IMG/VR virus record: IMGVR_UViG_3300032308_002493
Location: 1 to 56,794 of that record
Length of the DNA stretch: 56,794 nt
Strand: one strand, 5' to 3'
From: a virus
Lineage: Duplodnaviria > Caudoviricetes
In this document: one piece after another, positions 28,922 to 38,180 of the stretch
Layout: every line of letters starts with the position of its first letter
How positions within the stretch are numbered: the stretch's first letter is position 1
Notes under the pieces: generated by a model
The model's database searches: none
What the model was told of the DNA's origin: nothing
What the model saw: only the letters and a program-made list of their open reading frames with translations
Translations under genes and position numbers: made by a program

Positions 28922-29842
28922 TCAGCCTTGGGGCGGCTCCCCTTCCAGCGAGTGGATGGGCAGTTGCTCCAGCTTCAACGCTTTGGCGCCTTGCCGCTGC
29001 GCCAATCGAGCCAGTCCAATTTTTACGGCCGCGGCCTCATCCATAACCGCATCCACTGGCCAGGTGCTTTTGCCCATGGTCACCTCCTGGATCCGAGCCA
29101 ACCGATCAGGGTCAGTGGATGGGTAGCACTGAATCCAAGCGCCCCAGTCATCCACCAGGTCGAGGCCTGCCTCTTTGATGCCGTTGCGAATGTCGCGGGC
29201 CACCTGGGCGCTGAGCTCAGCCGCGGCTTGATCGTCGAGATCTGGCCGCAGGATGGGCGGCTTGGTATAGCCCATGAAAACACTAAAAAACTCTTCGGCA
29301 CCGTAAGGCCCTTGGGCATCGGCAATCACGATGCCTTCGAGAGCATGGCGCCGCAACCGCGCATCGGTGGGCGGCTTCAGGGTGCCGGCATTGATCGCCG
29401 CCAGGTATTCGTTTAAACGCCCAAGAGTGTCAAACGTTATGCAGGTGGCCAGTCGCAACAACTGCCGCTGCAGATTGTTCAGCTGGCTGGCAAATACCCG
29501 CCGCACAGAGGCAACAGCCTCCCAATCCGGGCTCGGTTCTTTTTCCCGCAGCCTAGGCAGTTCCTGCACTAATACCGAATGGCGGGCCTTCCACACATGG
29601 CCATTGGCCAGCAGCAACTGGCCAGCCCGGTAACGGCTGCCAACCGCCATTTCGGGGATTGTCGGCGCCTCCAGCGCGATCACCGCAGTTTCCGCCAGGT
29701 CTGCCATGGCCGCATAGCTCCAACCCGAACGGGCCATCCAGCAGCGCAACAGCTCCGCAAATACTGCCTGCCCTTCGGCATGCCGCAACAGGGCTTTAGG
29801 CAGTTGGTGCGTCAATTGGTCCCGGCAGCGAGCTATGGCCAT
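28922..29842 (-). CDS. Putative repressor-like protein with a split XRE-like HTH
   Basis: F-ELLR-W--RSGWSY--MA-LA ... SQLNNLQR...FDTLGRLN; divergent from the replication operon. Confidence 0.5.
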   Translation of the reverse strand: MAIARCRDQLTHQLPKALLRHAEGQAVFAELLRCWMARSGWSYAAMADLAETAVIALEAPTIPEMAVGSRYRAGQLLLANGHVWKARHSVLVQELPRLREKEPSPDWEAVASVRRVFASQLNNLQRQLLRLATCITFDTLGRLNEYLAAINAGTLKPPTDARLRRHALEGIVIADAQGPYGAEEFFSVFMGYTKPPILRPDLDDQAAAELSAQVARDIRNGIKEAGLDLVDDWGAWIQCYPSTDPDRLARIQEVTMGKSTWPVDAVMDEAAAVKIGLARLAQRQGAKALKLEQLPIHSLEGEPPQG

Positions 29843-30094
29843 TCTGCCTCTGCCAAAGCGCCCTGCTAGGTGGATACCCCATCCTTGCGGCGGGATGCAG
29901 CGCGGGCAGGTTGACGGCGAAGCGGTTGCGCTTCATTCTGGATCCTGTTCGCCCTCGGCGGCATAAAAAAGAGGGCGGGGCACCGCTGCCACCGCCCTCA
30001 AGGCCTTACACCGCAGTCATTCTATGGCATGTTTTGCTCTTTGTCATTTTCGGGTGCCCATTCTTGATGCCGCCACTGCCAGGGGGGCATCCTG

Positions 30095-31390
30095 ATGTCT
30101 AAATCCCCTCCGGCCTGTGGCCAGTTTGCGATGGTGCCGGTTGAGCTGCTAGAGGCCTGCGCCGAATCCAAGGCGCGGCTGTTCATCTACCTCTGGCTCT
30201 GGCACTACGCCGGCAAAAACGATCAGGCGTTCCCCTCCCTGTCCCGGCTGAGTGCCGATTGCCGGATGCGCCGCAACGACCTGGTAGCCGGTCTGGCCTG
30301 GTTGGAGGCCGCAGGCTGGATTGCCGTGGAGCGCCGCGCCCAGCAATCCAACACCTATCGGGTGCGGCGGATTGCCGTTGAACGCAGCCCCAAACCAGGG
30401 GGCAAAAAGCGGTCCACTAGTGTCCAAAAAGCTACTAGTGTCCAAAAAGCTACTAGTGTCCAAAAAGCTACTAGTGGCCAAAAAGCTACTAGTGGCCAAA
30501 CGGACACTAGTGTCCAAAAAGCTCAGGAGGTAGTGTCCGAATCGCTACTGGAACAAGAAGCATTAACAAGAAAAGAAAAAATCCAAGAGAGGAACCCCCT
30601 TACCCCCATTGATCCGGCGGGGCCGTTGGCAACGGTTGGGCCCGATCCGGAGCCAACGCCAACAGCCTCAAAGGCACCAACCGCCCCGCAGCCACCAGCG
30701 GCGCCAGAACCCGCCGCAAAGCAGCCAGTGGCCATTGCCCAACCCCTGGAGCCGCAGGCCGCGGCCATCGAGCCCCAGGCGCTTGCAGCGCCATGCCCAA
30801 AGCCCGTGGCGGCACCCGCCTCCTCGTTGGCGTTGAGCAACCCCCTGGCAGGGCCCCAGGAGGCCTCCGGCCCCATGGCCGGCCCGATGGACCCGCAGCC
30901 CCCCTGCAGCCCCCCTGCAGCCGCCAATCCGGCCCGCAAAGGCCGCAAGCCAGCCGGGCCTGTGCCGCTGCCCCCCGATGCTCCGCCGTTGGAGCCAGCT
31001 GAGCTGGAGCTGCTCACAGCCTGGTGGCAGCTGCGCTGCGACAAACATTCCAGGGCCAACCGCACGAAGCTGGGCACCGGCAACCTGGCGGCCCTCGCCG
31101 AAGCAGCGCAGCGCGGCGTGCTGCTGGCCTACCTGCACAAGGCCGAAATGGCCGGTTGGCAGAGCCTGGACCACAACGGCAGATCAGAAGCGATCGAGCG
31201 CTTGGCCGCGGCGCACCAGCTGGCCACCAACCCCCGAGCCGATTTTCCCGGTGGGGGCCTTCATCCCGAAAACAGGATGTATGATTCGCGCAGACCGAAC
31301 CCCGGTCAACCCAGCCGCCGCCAGCAAACCATGGCTCGGCTCAACAACCTGTTCAAACCCGAGGATGGAGGCCCCGATGATCACCCATGA
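30095..31390 (+). CDS. Replication initiator (N-terminal winged HTH, lambda O-like)
   Basis: FIYLWL...AFPSLSRLS-DC...L-WLE--GWI...SNTY; internal iterons. Confidence 0.85.
   Translation: MSKSPPACGQFAMVPVELLEACAESKARLFIYLWLWHYAGKNDQAFPSLSRLSADCRMRRNDLVAGLAWLEAAGWIAVERRAQQSNTYRVRRIAVERSPKPGGKKRSTSVQKATSVQKATSVQKATSGQKATSGQTDTSVQKAQEVVSESLLEQEALTRKEKIQERNPLTPIDPAGPLATVGPDPEPTPTASKAPTAPQPPAAPEPAAKQPVAIAQPLEPQAAAIEPQALAAPCPKPVAAPASSLALSNPLAGPQEASGPMAGPMDPQPPCSPPAAANPARKGRKPAGPVPLPPDAPPLEPAELELLTAWWQLRCDKHSRANRTKLGTGNLAALAEAAQRGVLLAYLHKAEMAGWQSLDHNGRSEAIERLAAAHQLATNPRADFPGGGLHPENRMYDSRRPNPGQPSRRQQTMARLNNLFKPEDGGPDDHP
30416..30523 (+). repeat. Six 18-bp tandem repeats (iterons, putative origin)
   Basis: ACTAGTGTCCAAAAAGCT x4 plus two variants, followed by an A-rich tract at ~30555-30590. 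Confidence 0.85.
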
Positions 31391-31895
31391 CGATCTAGCC
31401 AACGTGCTGTTGGGCCTCCAAACACTGCACCGCTTCGCCAAGCGGTTGGAGCCAGAGGATCTGCAGTTCGCCTATCTGACCCTGCCGCCCTGTGCTCGGC
31501 AGGAGCTCACGCCCGAGCTGTTGGTTTTTGCCAGCCAGCAGCTGCTGCTGGATCCAGAGCCGGCCGCGGCCATGGCCCCCCACCTGGCTCTGTTGCGTTA
31601 CCTCTACCCCTGCAGCACTGGTCGCGACCCAGACACCAAATGTGTGGTCGTCAAAACCCCGGAGCCCGCCAACGGGCTGCGCTCCGATTTGGCCCAGCGG
31701 CTGCGCAACCCAGACAAGTTCCACCCTCTCTGGGTGCCGTTTGAACAGCGTCAGCCGGCCCTGCCCCCAGCGCCGGTGCGTCCGACGCCGCAACCCAGCC
31801 AGGCCCAGCGCATCGCCCGCCTCGAACGGCTGGCCGCGGCCACCGGTGTCATCAACCCCCGCTTACCTGCCCAACAAGAATTGGCCGCCGCATGA
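31377..31895 (+). CDS. Hypothetical protein, possible helicase loader
   Basis: Directly after the initiator gene; start MITHDD. Confidence 0.6.
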   Translation: MITHDDLANVLLGLQTLHRFAKRLEPEDLQFAYLTLPPCARQELTPELLVFASQQLLLDPEPAAAMAPHLALLRYLYPCSTGRDPDTKCVVVKTPEPANGLRSDLAQRLRNPDKFHPLWVPFEQRQPALPPAPVRPTPQPSQAQRIARLERLAAATGVINPRLPAQQELAAA

Positions 31896-32212
31896 ACATG
31901 ATTCAGGAGCTGCACGAACTCACATCCAGTGGCCGGGCTGCCGATCAAGCCGCACGCCTCACCCGGGCGGTGGCAGCCCAGGCATCCGCCGGCCGGCTGT
32001 TGGCTCGGGGGGTGCTCAAAGGCCACTGGCCACTCGAAGCATTTGATGAGCCATCAGGCTCGGAGATAGAAGCCAGGGCCTGGCGGGCTGCCCATGGCCT
32101 GCCAGAGATCCCCCATCGCAATTCAGCTCGCGAGTGGATTGCATCCCACTCTGAGGAATGGGACGCCATGTTGCGCCAGGAAATGGCGGCAGAGCTTGAG
32201 GCCGCGGCATGA
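31892..32212 (+). CDS. Hypothetical protein
   Basis: ATGA-coupled ORF. Confidence 0.65.
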   Translation: MNMIQELHELTSSGRAADQAARLTRAVAAQASAGRLLARGVLKGHWPLEAFDEPSGSEIEARAWRAAHGLPEIPHRNSAREWIASHSEEWDAMLRQEMAAELEAAA

Positions 32213-32481
32213 AGGGCTTGCCCATTGGCACCATCGTGCGCCGCCCCTGGGGCCAAGCCAATCAAGCTGCAGCTCAAGGCAAAATCCTTGACACTGTTAT
32301 TTGGCTTGATAGCCGTAACCGGCGGCTGCCCTATTACAAAATTCAGCTTCAAGGGCCAAAGGGCCCAACGGTGGATCACTGGCCTGCATCTCATTGCCAG
32401 CCAATAGATCTGGGCAATGTAGTAGGGCGAGAAAAATCCGGCCGCGGCCCGTGCTCTGCATTCTCCGAGGCTGGGCCATGA
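32209..32481 (+). CDS. Hypothetical protein (SH3-like?)
   Basis: ATGA-coupled ORF; IGTIV...GKI...YYKIQ. Confidence 0.55.
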   Translation: MKGLPIGTIVRRPWGQANQAAAQGKILDTVIWLDSRNRRLPYYKIQLQGPKGPTVDHWPASHCQPIDLGNVVGREKSGRGPCSAFSEAGP

Positions 32482-32753
32482 TCTGGCCCCCATCCCCCGG
32501 CATGGCAGCCACCATCGCCGCTCTGGCCTTGCCTCGCTACGGCTGGGGCGTGATCACCACCAAAGGTGAATTTGCAGTGGTGCCCGTGACGGACTGGAGC
32601 GCGGCCCTGCGCACCATGCCCTATCGATGGCTGAACACTCACCACTTGCAGCCGGCTCCGCCAAATGAAACCCTGCCACTGGTGGAAAAAACCTGGCAGC
32701 TGATATTGAAGCGGCGCAGAGAGGCAAACATTGGGCTGCGAAGGTTTGCGTAA
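32478..32753 (+). CDS. Hypothetical protein
   Basis: ATGA-coupled ORF. Confidence 0.55.
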   Translation: MIWPPSPGMAATIAALALPRYGWGVITTKGEFAVVPVTDWSAALRTMPYRWLNTHHLQPAPPNETLPLVEKTWQLILKRRREANIGLRRFA

Positions 32754-32932
32754 TGCCATACAAACGACCTGAATTTAGAAACGCGCCTCAAATTGTCACC
32801 GTGCAACGGGCGTTGTATTTAATTGCTGAGCAAGAATTGGCAAGGCAACAGCAAGCCGAGCTGGCGCTAGCTGGGCAGCAGTCGCAATTTGATCTGGAAC
32901 GAATTGGGGCCGCCTTGGTACAAAATCTCTGA
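32753..32932 (+). CDS. Small 59-aa ORF not in the track
   Basis: TAATG coupling; MPYKRPEFRNAPQIVTVQRALYLIAEQELARQQQ...; overlaps the integrase 3' end. Confidence 0.35.
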   Translation: MPYKRPEFRNAPQIVTVQRALYLIAEQELARQQQAELALAGQQSQFDLERIGAALVQNL

Positions 32933-34222
32933 TACAAAATGCAAAAACACTGGCCGCAGCAATTCATCAGGTGCGTGGCTTAGCGCCTCTGGTGAGCGGA
33001 ACAGTTCTTCGTAGAGACCTGGCCAGGTCTCTGCTGGTAGCGCTTGCATCGTGATGATTTGATCCCTGAGCCGAACGATCGAGGTTCCTAGCCCCGTCAC
33101 CCCCTGATCCTGCAGCTGCTCCAATTGCGCCAACTGCTCGCGGTACGTCAGCAGCTCGGGGCATTCCACATCCGGTGGTTCGGCCCCTTCAATCGCCAAC
33201 CGGGCCAGGCGCGGCGCTGCGCGGCGCACCAGCACATCAATTACTGCCGATCGCAGCGTGTCTTCTCGCACCCCTTTCCCCACGTAACAGCAGCCGGGCC
33301 GTTTGCAGGCATATCGCGCCACGCCAGGGCCGTGGACATTTGGTTTCTGGTGCCATTGCAGATTTTTGCCGCACCCCTCGCAGCGAATCAGGCCGCTAAA
33401 TAGATGCCTAACACTGGCGGCTCGTTGCATTGGGCCCTGGCTGCGGGTTTCCAGCTGCCGCCTAATCAGCGTCCATTCAGCCGGTGAGATCAGCGGAGTG
33501 GTGCGACCCCATTCAATTTCTGTGTAGTCCTGCGTGCCGCTGGGGGCTCCCCGGCCAAGCCCGCCGCGCAAGATCGGATTATGCAGCCAACCGGTTAAAC
33601 CCTGAGATGAGTATTGCCTTGGAAAATCAGCAGGCAAGGCCGTCAGTGTTGCGTAGATATTGCATTCGTGCTGAATGATCAACTCAACCAACTGCCTGGC
33701 TGCAGTCCAGGTAACAGGTGATGGCACAACCTGCCCGTCAACGTGGGCATAGCCAAACGGCACAGGCCCCCTGCCTGCATAACCTGCCTCCCGCCGCCGC
33801 CGGATGCCATCGCGCACCTTGATGCTGATCATGCGGGAGGTCACGCGATTCATCACGCTCATCACCCCGGTAAGAGCGAGCCCACCCACCGTTTGGTTCT
33901 CCAGCACCATCCCCTGCAGATCAGCGACCGTGCAGCCGGCGCAATGGCATTCCTCTAGAAAATCCTGATCAGATCCGTCTCGCGCCAATCGCGACAGGTC
34001 TACCACCAGTACCTTGGCCACCAGCCCCTTGGCCACCAGGGCCCTTAATTCTTCCCACCCCGGCCGCCGCTGGCCTGAGTAAGCGCTCCCGCGTTCCACA
34101 ATCACGCGATCGCAGCCAGCCTGCTGCATGTCCCATTGCTGCCCCTCTACGGAGGTGTCTTGCGCCTCCTTGCCGGTGCTAACGCGCACATATCCAATGA
34201 CTAAGCGGCCTGGACGGTCCAT
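32867..34222 (-). CDS. Large serine recombinase (integrase)
   Basis: GYVRVST catalytic Ser, SAYSG-RRPG, DLSRLAR, PFGY, and zinc-ribbon C-x2-C...YAC. Confidence 0.95.
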   Translation of the reverse strand: MDRPGRLVIGYVRVSTGKEAQDTSVEGQQWDMQQAGCDRVIVERGSAYSGQRRPGWEELRALVAKGLVAKVLVVDLSRLARDGSDQDFLEECHCAGCTVADLQGMVLENQTVGGLALTGVMSVMNRVTSRMISIKVRDGIRRRREAGYAGRGPVPFGYAHVDGQVVPSPVTWTAARQLVELIIQHECNIYATLTALPADFPRQYSSQGLTGWLHNPILRGGLGRGAPSGTQDYTEIEWGRTTPLISPAEWTLIRRQLETRSQGPMQRAASVRHLFSGLIRCEGCGKNLQWHQKPNVHGPGVARYACKRPGCCYVGKGVREDTLRSAVIDVLVRRAAPRLARLAIEGAEPPDVECPELLTYREQLAQLEQLQDQGVTGLGTSIVRLRDQIITMQALPAETWPGLYEELFRSPEALSHAPDELLRPVFLHFVSEILYQGGPNSFQIKLRLLPS

Positions 34223-34228
34223 TTGTGC

Positions 34229-34278
34229 CTGGGTCGAAAACGGCAGTCAAGCAAGCTTGAGGTGCGTTTTCGACCCAG
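34229..34278. other. Putative attP site
   Basis: 50-bp symmetric palindrome CTGGGTCGAAAACG-N4-TCAAGC-AA-GCTTGA-N4-CGTTTTCGACCCAG next to the integrase start. Confidence 0.75.
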
Positions 34279-34285
34279 ATTCCAG

Positions 34286-35032
34286 ATGGCACCCAGGAGC
34301 CGCGCATCGTCTGCAGTCTCGGCGGCGATCGTGCCCACTGTGCCTCCTGCCGAGGGCGCAGCCGCAAATCCCAGGCCGGCTTTGGTGCCCATTGGCAACC
34401 TGGTGCTCGATGCCCGCAACGCCAGGCGCCGCACGCCCCGATCTGCAGACATGTTGGCGCACTCAATGGCGGAGTTTGGCGCTGCCCGTTCGATTGTGGT
34501 CGATGAAAACGGCCGGGTGTTGGCGGGCAACGGCACGGCGGAAGCGGCCAAAAATGCCGGCATAGACAGGGTTTTGTTCATTCCCAGCGATGGGAACACC
34601 CTGATCGCTGTGCAGCGGCTGGATCTGAGCGAGACCGAAAAAACCAGCCTGGCCTTGGCGGACAACCGCACCAGCGACACATCTGAATTTGACGGGGCCA
34701 TGCTCGCCCAGCTGGTGGAGGAGGATGCCCAGCTGGACATCTCCCCCTGGTTTTCCGAAGAGGAATTTGCCGCGCTGCTGGCCGGCGATCAGGTGGATGA
34801 GGAGGAGGAACCAGCACCCCCCAGCAAGCCCGATTCAGGGCTTGAGATCAAGCTGCAGTTCGCCAGCCAGGAGGAGTTCGATCGGTTTGGCTCCTTGTTG
34901 GTGCATCTGGCCGCCGCCCTGCCCGAGCCGGCGGAGCTGACCGGCCGGCTGGCCCTGGCAATCGAGGCCTACCTCGACCGGGGTGAGCGCCAGCGGCAGC
35001 GGCAGCGGCAGCGCCGGCAGCCCAGGGCATAG
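34286..35032 (+). CDS. ParB N-terminal-domain protein
   Basis: RNAR, S--EFG, IVVDENG-VLAGNG--EAA, LALADNR. Confidence 0.85.
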   Translation: MAPRSRASSAVSAAIVPTVPPAEGAAANPRPALVPIGNLVLDARNARRRTPRSADMLAHSMAEFGAARSIVVDENGRVLAGNGTAEAAKNAGIDRVLFIPSDGNTLIAVQRLDLSETEKTSLALADNRTSDTSEFDGAMLAQLVEEDAQLDISPWFSEEEFAALLAGDQVDEEEEPAPPSKPDSGLEIKLQFASQEEFDRFGSLLVHLAAALPEPAELTGRLALAIEAYLDRGERQRQRQRQRRQPRA

Positions 35033-35074
35033 GCCGCAGCCAGCGGGGGCGGTGGCCGCGGCGCCCCTTTGCCC

Positions 35075-35146
35075 TTGCCAGATCGTTACGGACGCGCTAC
35101 AGTATGGGGACCGGAGCCGAGGGGCCCCACCACCCAACAGGCAGCC
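35075..35146 (+). promoter_or_regulatory. Sigma70-type promoter copy 2 plus conserved leader
   Basis: TTGCCA-N17-TACAGT, then GGACCGGAGCCGAGGGGCCCCACCACCCA. Confidence 0.8.
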
Positions 35147-35392
35147 ATGACCAACTACCTCGTCTCTACAAACGACCGTCAACAGTCTCGATCTATTGCG
35201 GCTGAAAGCCCTGGTGATGCCATGCAGCTATTTCTAAGCCAGCGCTTTGCAAGTTTTGCGCTGGCCCACTGGACAGCCAATGGCCGCGAATGGTTTTACG
35301 ACGTGTGCGTCAAAGTTGGCGACGGCCCGTACCGCATGGGCCGCGATGCCGTTGCTTCTATCCGTGGCCACGTTCAGGCTGTTGATGCTTGA
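35147..35392 (+). CDS. Hypothetical early protein
   Basis: ATG directly after promoter/leader copy 2. Confidence 0.65.
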   Translation: MTNYLVSTNDRQQSRSIAAESPGDAMQLFLSQRFASFALAHWTANGREWFYDVCVKVGDGPYRMGRDAVASIRGHVQAVDA

Positions 35393-35472
35393 TTGCCGCA
35401 ACCTGCCGGGCGCCTATCCCGGCAACCCACTCACCAACAGTTAAACCATGGCATCAAACAATCTTTTTCAAA

Positions 35473-35733
35473 GTGGTGACCATTGATCCCACGGCCGCGG
35501 CCAGGATGCAGCGGTGGCGCGATCGGCAAAAGGGGCTGGAGCCGCAGAGGCCCACCTGCCAGGGCTGCGGCAAACTGCACAACGGGGCCAAAGCCCCTTT
35601 TTGCCGCATCTGCTGGCAAAGCCAAACGCCAGAGGGCAGGGCCGATCGCGCCGCCCGGGTTGCCAAGGCCAAGGCCAAGGCCAAGCAGCGGGCAGCCAGC
35701 TCAGCCTCTGGCAAGCTGCAAACTGGGGCATAG
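35473..35733 (+). CDS. Small basic Zn-finger protein
   Basis: AARMQRWRDRQKG...CQGCG...CRIC; start uncertain. Confidence 0.6.
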   Translation: MVTIDPTAAARMQRWRDRQKGLEPQRPTCQGCGKLHNGAKAPFCRICWQSQTPEGRADRAARVAKAKAKAKQRAASSASGKLQTGA

Positions 35734-35744
35734 CGGCCTGAGCC

Positions 35745-35948
35745 ATGCCCATAGCCCCTGGCAACAGCCGCAACTCAGAAAACCCCCAGCCCAAGGCCGC
35801 GGCACATCCCCCGGCGATCGACTGGGCCAACGTGGCCAGCGAGGTGAGGATCATGCGCCAGCTGGATAAGGTCCCTGGCCAGCACCACCAGGGCCAAGAA
35901 AGCCAAGGACCCACCGGCAGCCGCTCTCCTGCAGCTGTGATGCATTGA
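35745..35948 (+). CDS. Hypothetical protein
   Basis: Short ORF before the small terminase gene. Confidence 0.35.
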   Translation: MPIAPGNSRNSENPQPKAAAHPPAIDWANVASEVRIMRQLDKVPGQHHQGQESQGPTGSRSPAAVMH

Positions 35949-35985
35949 TGCCGAGTTGACTATCTTGGTGAATCGCCATTGATTT

Positions 35986-36438
35986 GTGAGCAGGCCCCCC
36001 ACGCCAAAACCTGCAGGGGGTGATAGCCCAAAAAAGCCGAGCAAGAAGAATCAGCCAACGAAGCTTGAGAAGATATACAGAATGCGCGAGCTGCAGACAC
36101 TCTGCAGAAATGGCTATAGCCCACTGGAGTTGCGGGATCATTGCGAGCAGCAATGGGAGATGCCGCGCCGCACTGCCAATAACTACGTTAAGGAGCTGTA
36201 TGAATCGCTGGAAGAGGCGCTAACCAGTATCAACAAGCGGCGCATTGCGCTAATTGTCTATTACCGTTTAGAAAACAGTTACAAAATTGCCAGGGCAGCA
36301 AAAAACCCCAGCGCCATGATTCAGGCCTGTGTGGCCCAGGCTAACCTGTTTATTGAGCGGGCTCCGGATGATGCGGTGGCGGCCCACCAGCAGAGCCGTG
36401 AGGCGGCTGTTATCGATCCCGCCGAGGATTTTGATTAG
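35986..36438 (+). CDS. Putative terminase small subunit
   Basis: HTH-like (L--NGYS...WEM--RTA-NY); immediately upstream of the large subunit. Confidence 0.7.
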   Translation: MSRPPTPKPAGGDSPKKPSKKNQPTKLEKIYRMRELQTLCRNGYSPLELRDHCEQQWEMPRRTANNYVKELYESLEEALTSINKRRIALIVYYRLENSYKIARAAKNPSAMIQACVAQANLFIERAPDDAVAAHQQSREAAVIDPAEDFD

Positions 36439-36440
36439 CG

Positions 36441-37904
36441 ATGGTATCGCTGATTGTTCGGCCGCCCAGCATCGTTGATTGGTATTCACCGGATCCGCTG
36501 ATTGGTGGCCCGGCCAAGGCCCAGCCCTGGGAGTCGCTGCCTGGGAAGTGGCCAGATTTTGCGGCGCAAACCCAGATCGCGTCGGGTGGCCGGCACATTC
36601 CGTTTATACCCTTTGCCGCTCAGCGGGAGCTGATAAAAATACACCGCAAGGTGCAAAACGTCTATGTACTGAAGAGCCGGCAGATTGGCATTTCCGAAGT
36701 GATAATCAATTACAAGCTTTGTCAAGCCTGCCGCCGGCCGGCCTGGACCGGTGTGGTGTTCTCCAAAACGGGCGATGACGCCAGCGAGCTGGCAGCCCGC
36801 ATCAAAGGGCAAGCCGCCTCGCTCCGCGATCGGTGCCCCAAATTCGCCAAAGATTCAGCCAGAAAGCTAGTTTTTGAAGGCTTCGGCTCGCTCCACTTCC
36901 TGCCCCCCACCGAGCGGGCCGCCAGGGGTATCCCCTCTGCTGCCTCGATCCTGTTTGACGAAGCGGCGTTCATCTCCAAGCTTGCCGGTATTGAGCAGGG
37001 CGCCCTGCCCTCCACTTCGCTGCTGGGCGACTTTGCCCGCCACCTGTGGGTCACAACCCCCAACGGCCGCAGCGGCACCTTCTCCGACCACTGGCACGCA
37101 GACCACGGGGAAGTGGTGGTGGACCCCACCCCCATGGGGGTTAATGGCATCCCCAGATTGCGCATCTCTCCCGACAATCAATACGCCAAGGTTTGTATTC
37201 ACTATTCCCAGCATCCGGTTTACGGCGTGGATCCGGATTGGGCAGAAAAGTTTCGCCGCAAGCGTCAGCTCAGCCAGCAGCAATGGCGCAGTGAATTTGA
37301 ACTGGATTTCACCGCTTCTGACTACGAGATATTTGCCCACGATCTGATTGAAGCCGCAGAGGCGGCCGGGGGCTGGGATGCCCCCACCTGGGGCCACAGC
37401 TATGTGCTGGGCATCGATCCCAATGGCGGTGGCGGCGATGCCTTCTGCGGCCTGGTGCTCGATGTAACCGAGAGCCCTTGGCGGGTGGTGGCCGGGTTCA
37501 ATGAATCTGGCTGCAGCCGCGACTACGGCCTGCAGCGCTGCGCCAGGCTGATTGATGAATACGGCCCCACGCTGGTGGCCGTGGAAAAAAACGGCGTCGG
37601 GGCGGCAGTGGCGGAGGCCCTGTGTCTACTGCGGCCCGGCACTGAGCTGGAGGAGATCTACACACTTGGCCCCAACAAAATCACAATGACCGATCGGCTG
37701 GTGTTGCTGCTGGAGCAGGGCGAGCTCACCATCCCACCCAACAGCTATGTGGGCAGCGAGATGCGCAATTTCCGCCAAACAGAAAAGGGCGACCGCAAAG
37801 CCGCCCCAGGTCACCATGATGATGCGGTAATGGCCCTGGCCATGGCCGGGCAAGCCGGCGCCAGGATCAGGCCCCTAACTAACAGCTGGATTTCAATGAT
37901 TTAG
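36441..37904 (+). CDS. Terminase large subunit
   Basis: LKSRQIG Walker A, ILFDEAAF Walker B, TPNG, LGIDP, HDDAVMALA. Confidence 0.95.
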   Translation: MVSLIVRPPSIVDWYSPDPLIGGPAKAQPWESLPGKWPDFAAQTQIASGGRHIPFIPFAAQRELIKIHRKVQNVYVLKSRQIGISEVIINYKLCQACRRPAWTGVVFSKTGDDASELAARIKGQAASLRDRCPKFAKDSARKLVFEGFGSLHFLPPTERAARGIPSAASILFDEAAFISKLAGIEQGALPSTSLLGDFARHLWVTTPNGRSGTFSDHWHADHGEVVVDPTPMGVNGIPRLRISPDNQYAKVCIHYSQHPVYGVDPDWAEKFRRKRQLSQQQWRSEFELDFTASDYEIFAHDLIEAAEAAGGWDAPTWGHSYVLGIDPNGGGGDAFCGLVLDVTESPWRVVAGFNESGCSRDYGLQRCARLIDEYGPTLVAVEKNGVGAAVAEALCLLRPGTELEEIYTLGPNKITMTDRLVLLLEQGELTIPPNSYVGSEMRNFRQTEKGDRKAAPGHHDDAVMALAMAGQAGARIRPLTNSWISMI

Positions 37905-38180
37905 CTGTTAGTGCGTGCACTACGCCGCAAAAAATAAAATCCTTAGCTTGCTGCTCTTGTGGTAATTGATCAAAGGGCACAAGACAAGGATGCTGCTTCA
38001 ATTGACTTCGCGCGCCACTCGGGCAATTTGTTCTAAAGCTTGGCAATAAGCACGATTGACTTCGTGCGCCACTCGGGCAATTTCAATCAGATCGTGGGCA
38101 AATTGTTCTGAAGCTTGGCAATAAGCACGATTGACTTCGTGCGCCACTCGGGCAATTTGTTCTGGAGTCATTTCAGTCAT
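37879..38180 (-). pseudogene. Scrambled RyR-domain phage protein
   Basis: IARVAHEVN(RAYCQA) occurs three times, then a stop; the C-terminal KQHPCLVPFDQLPQEQQAKDFIF-GVVHAL is in another frame. Confidence 0.75.

Noticed and set aside
30416-30523. Possible CRISPR array
   Set aside because: The repeats are contiguous with no spacers, are in frame within a gene, and there are no cas genes.
34988-35020. (CAGCGG)n microsatellite at the ParB-like gene end
   Set aside because: Short in-frame low-complexity tail (RQ)n with no evident function.
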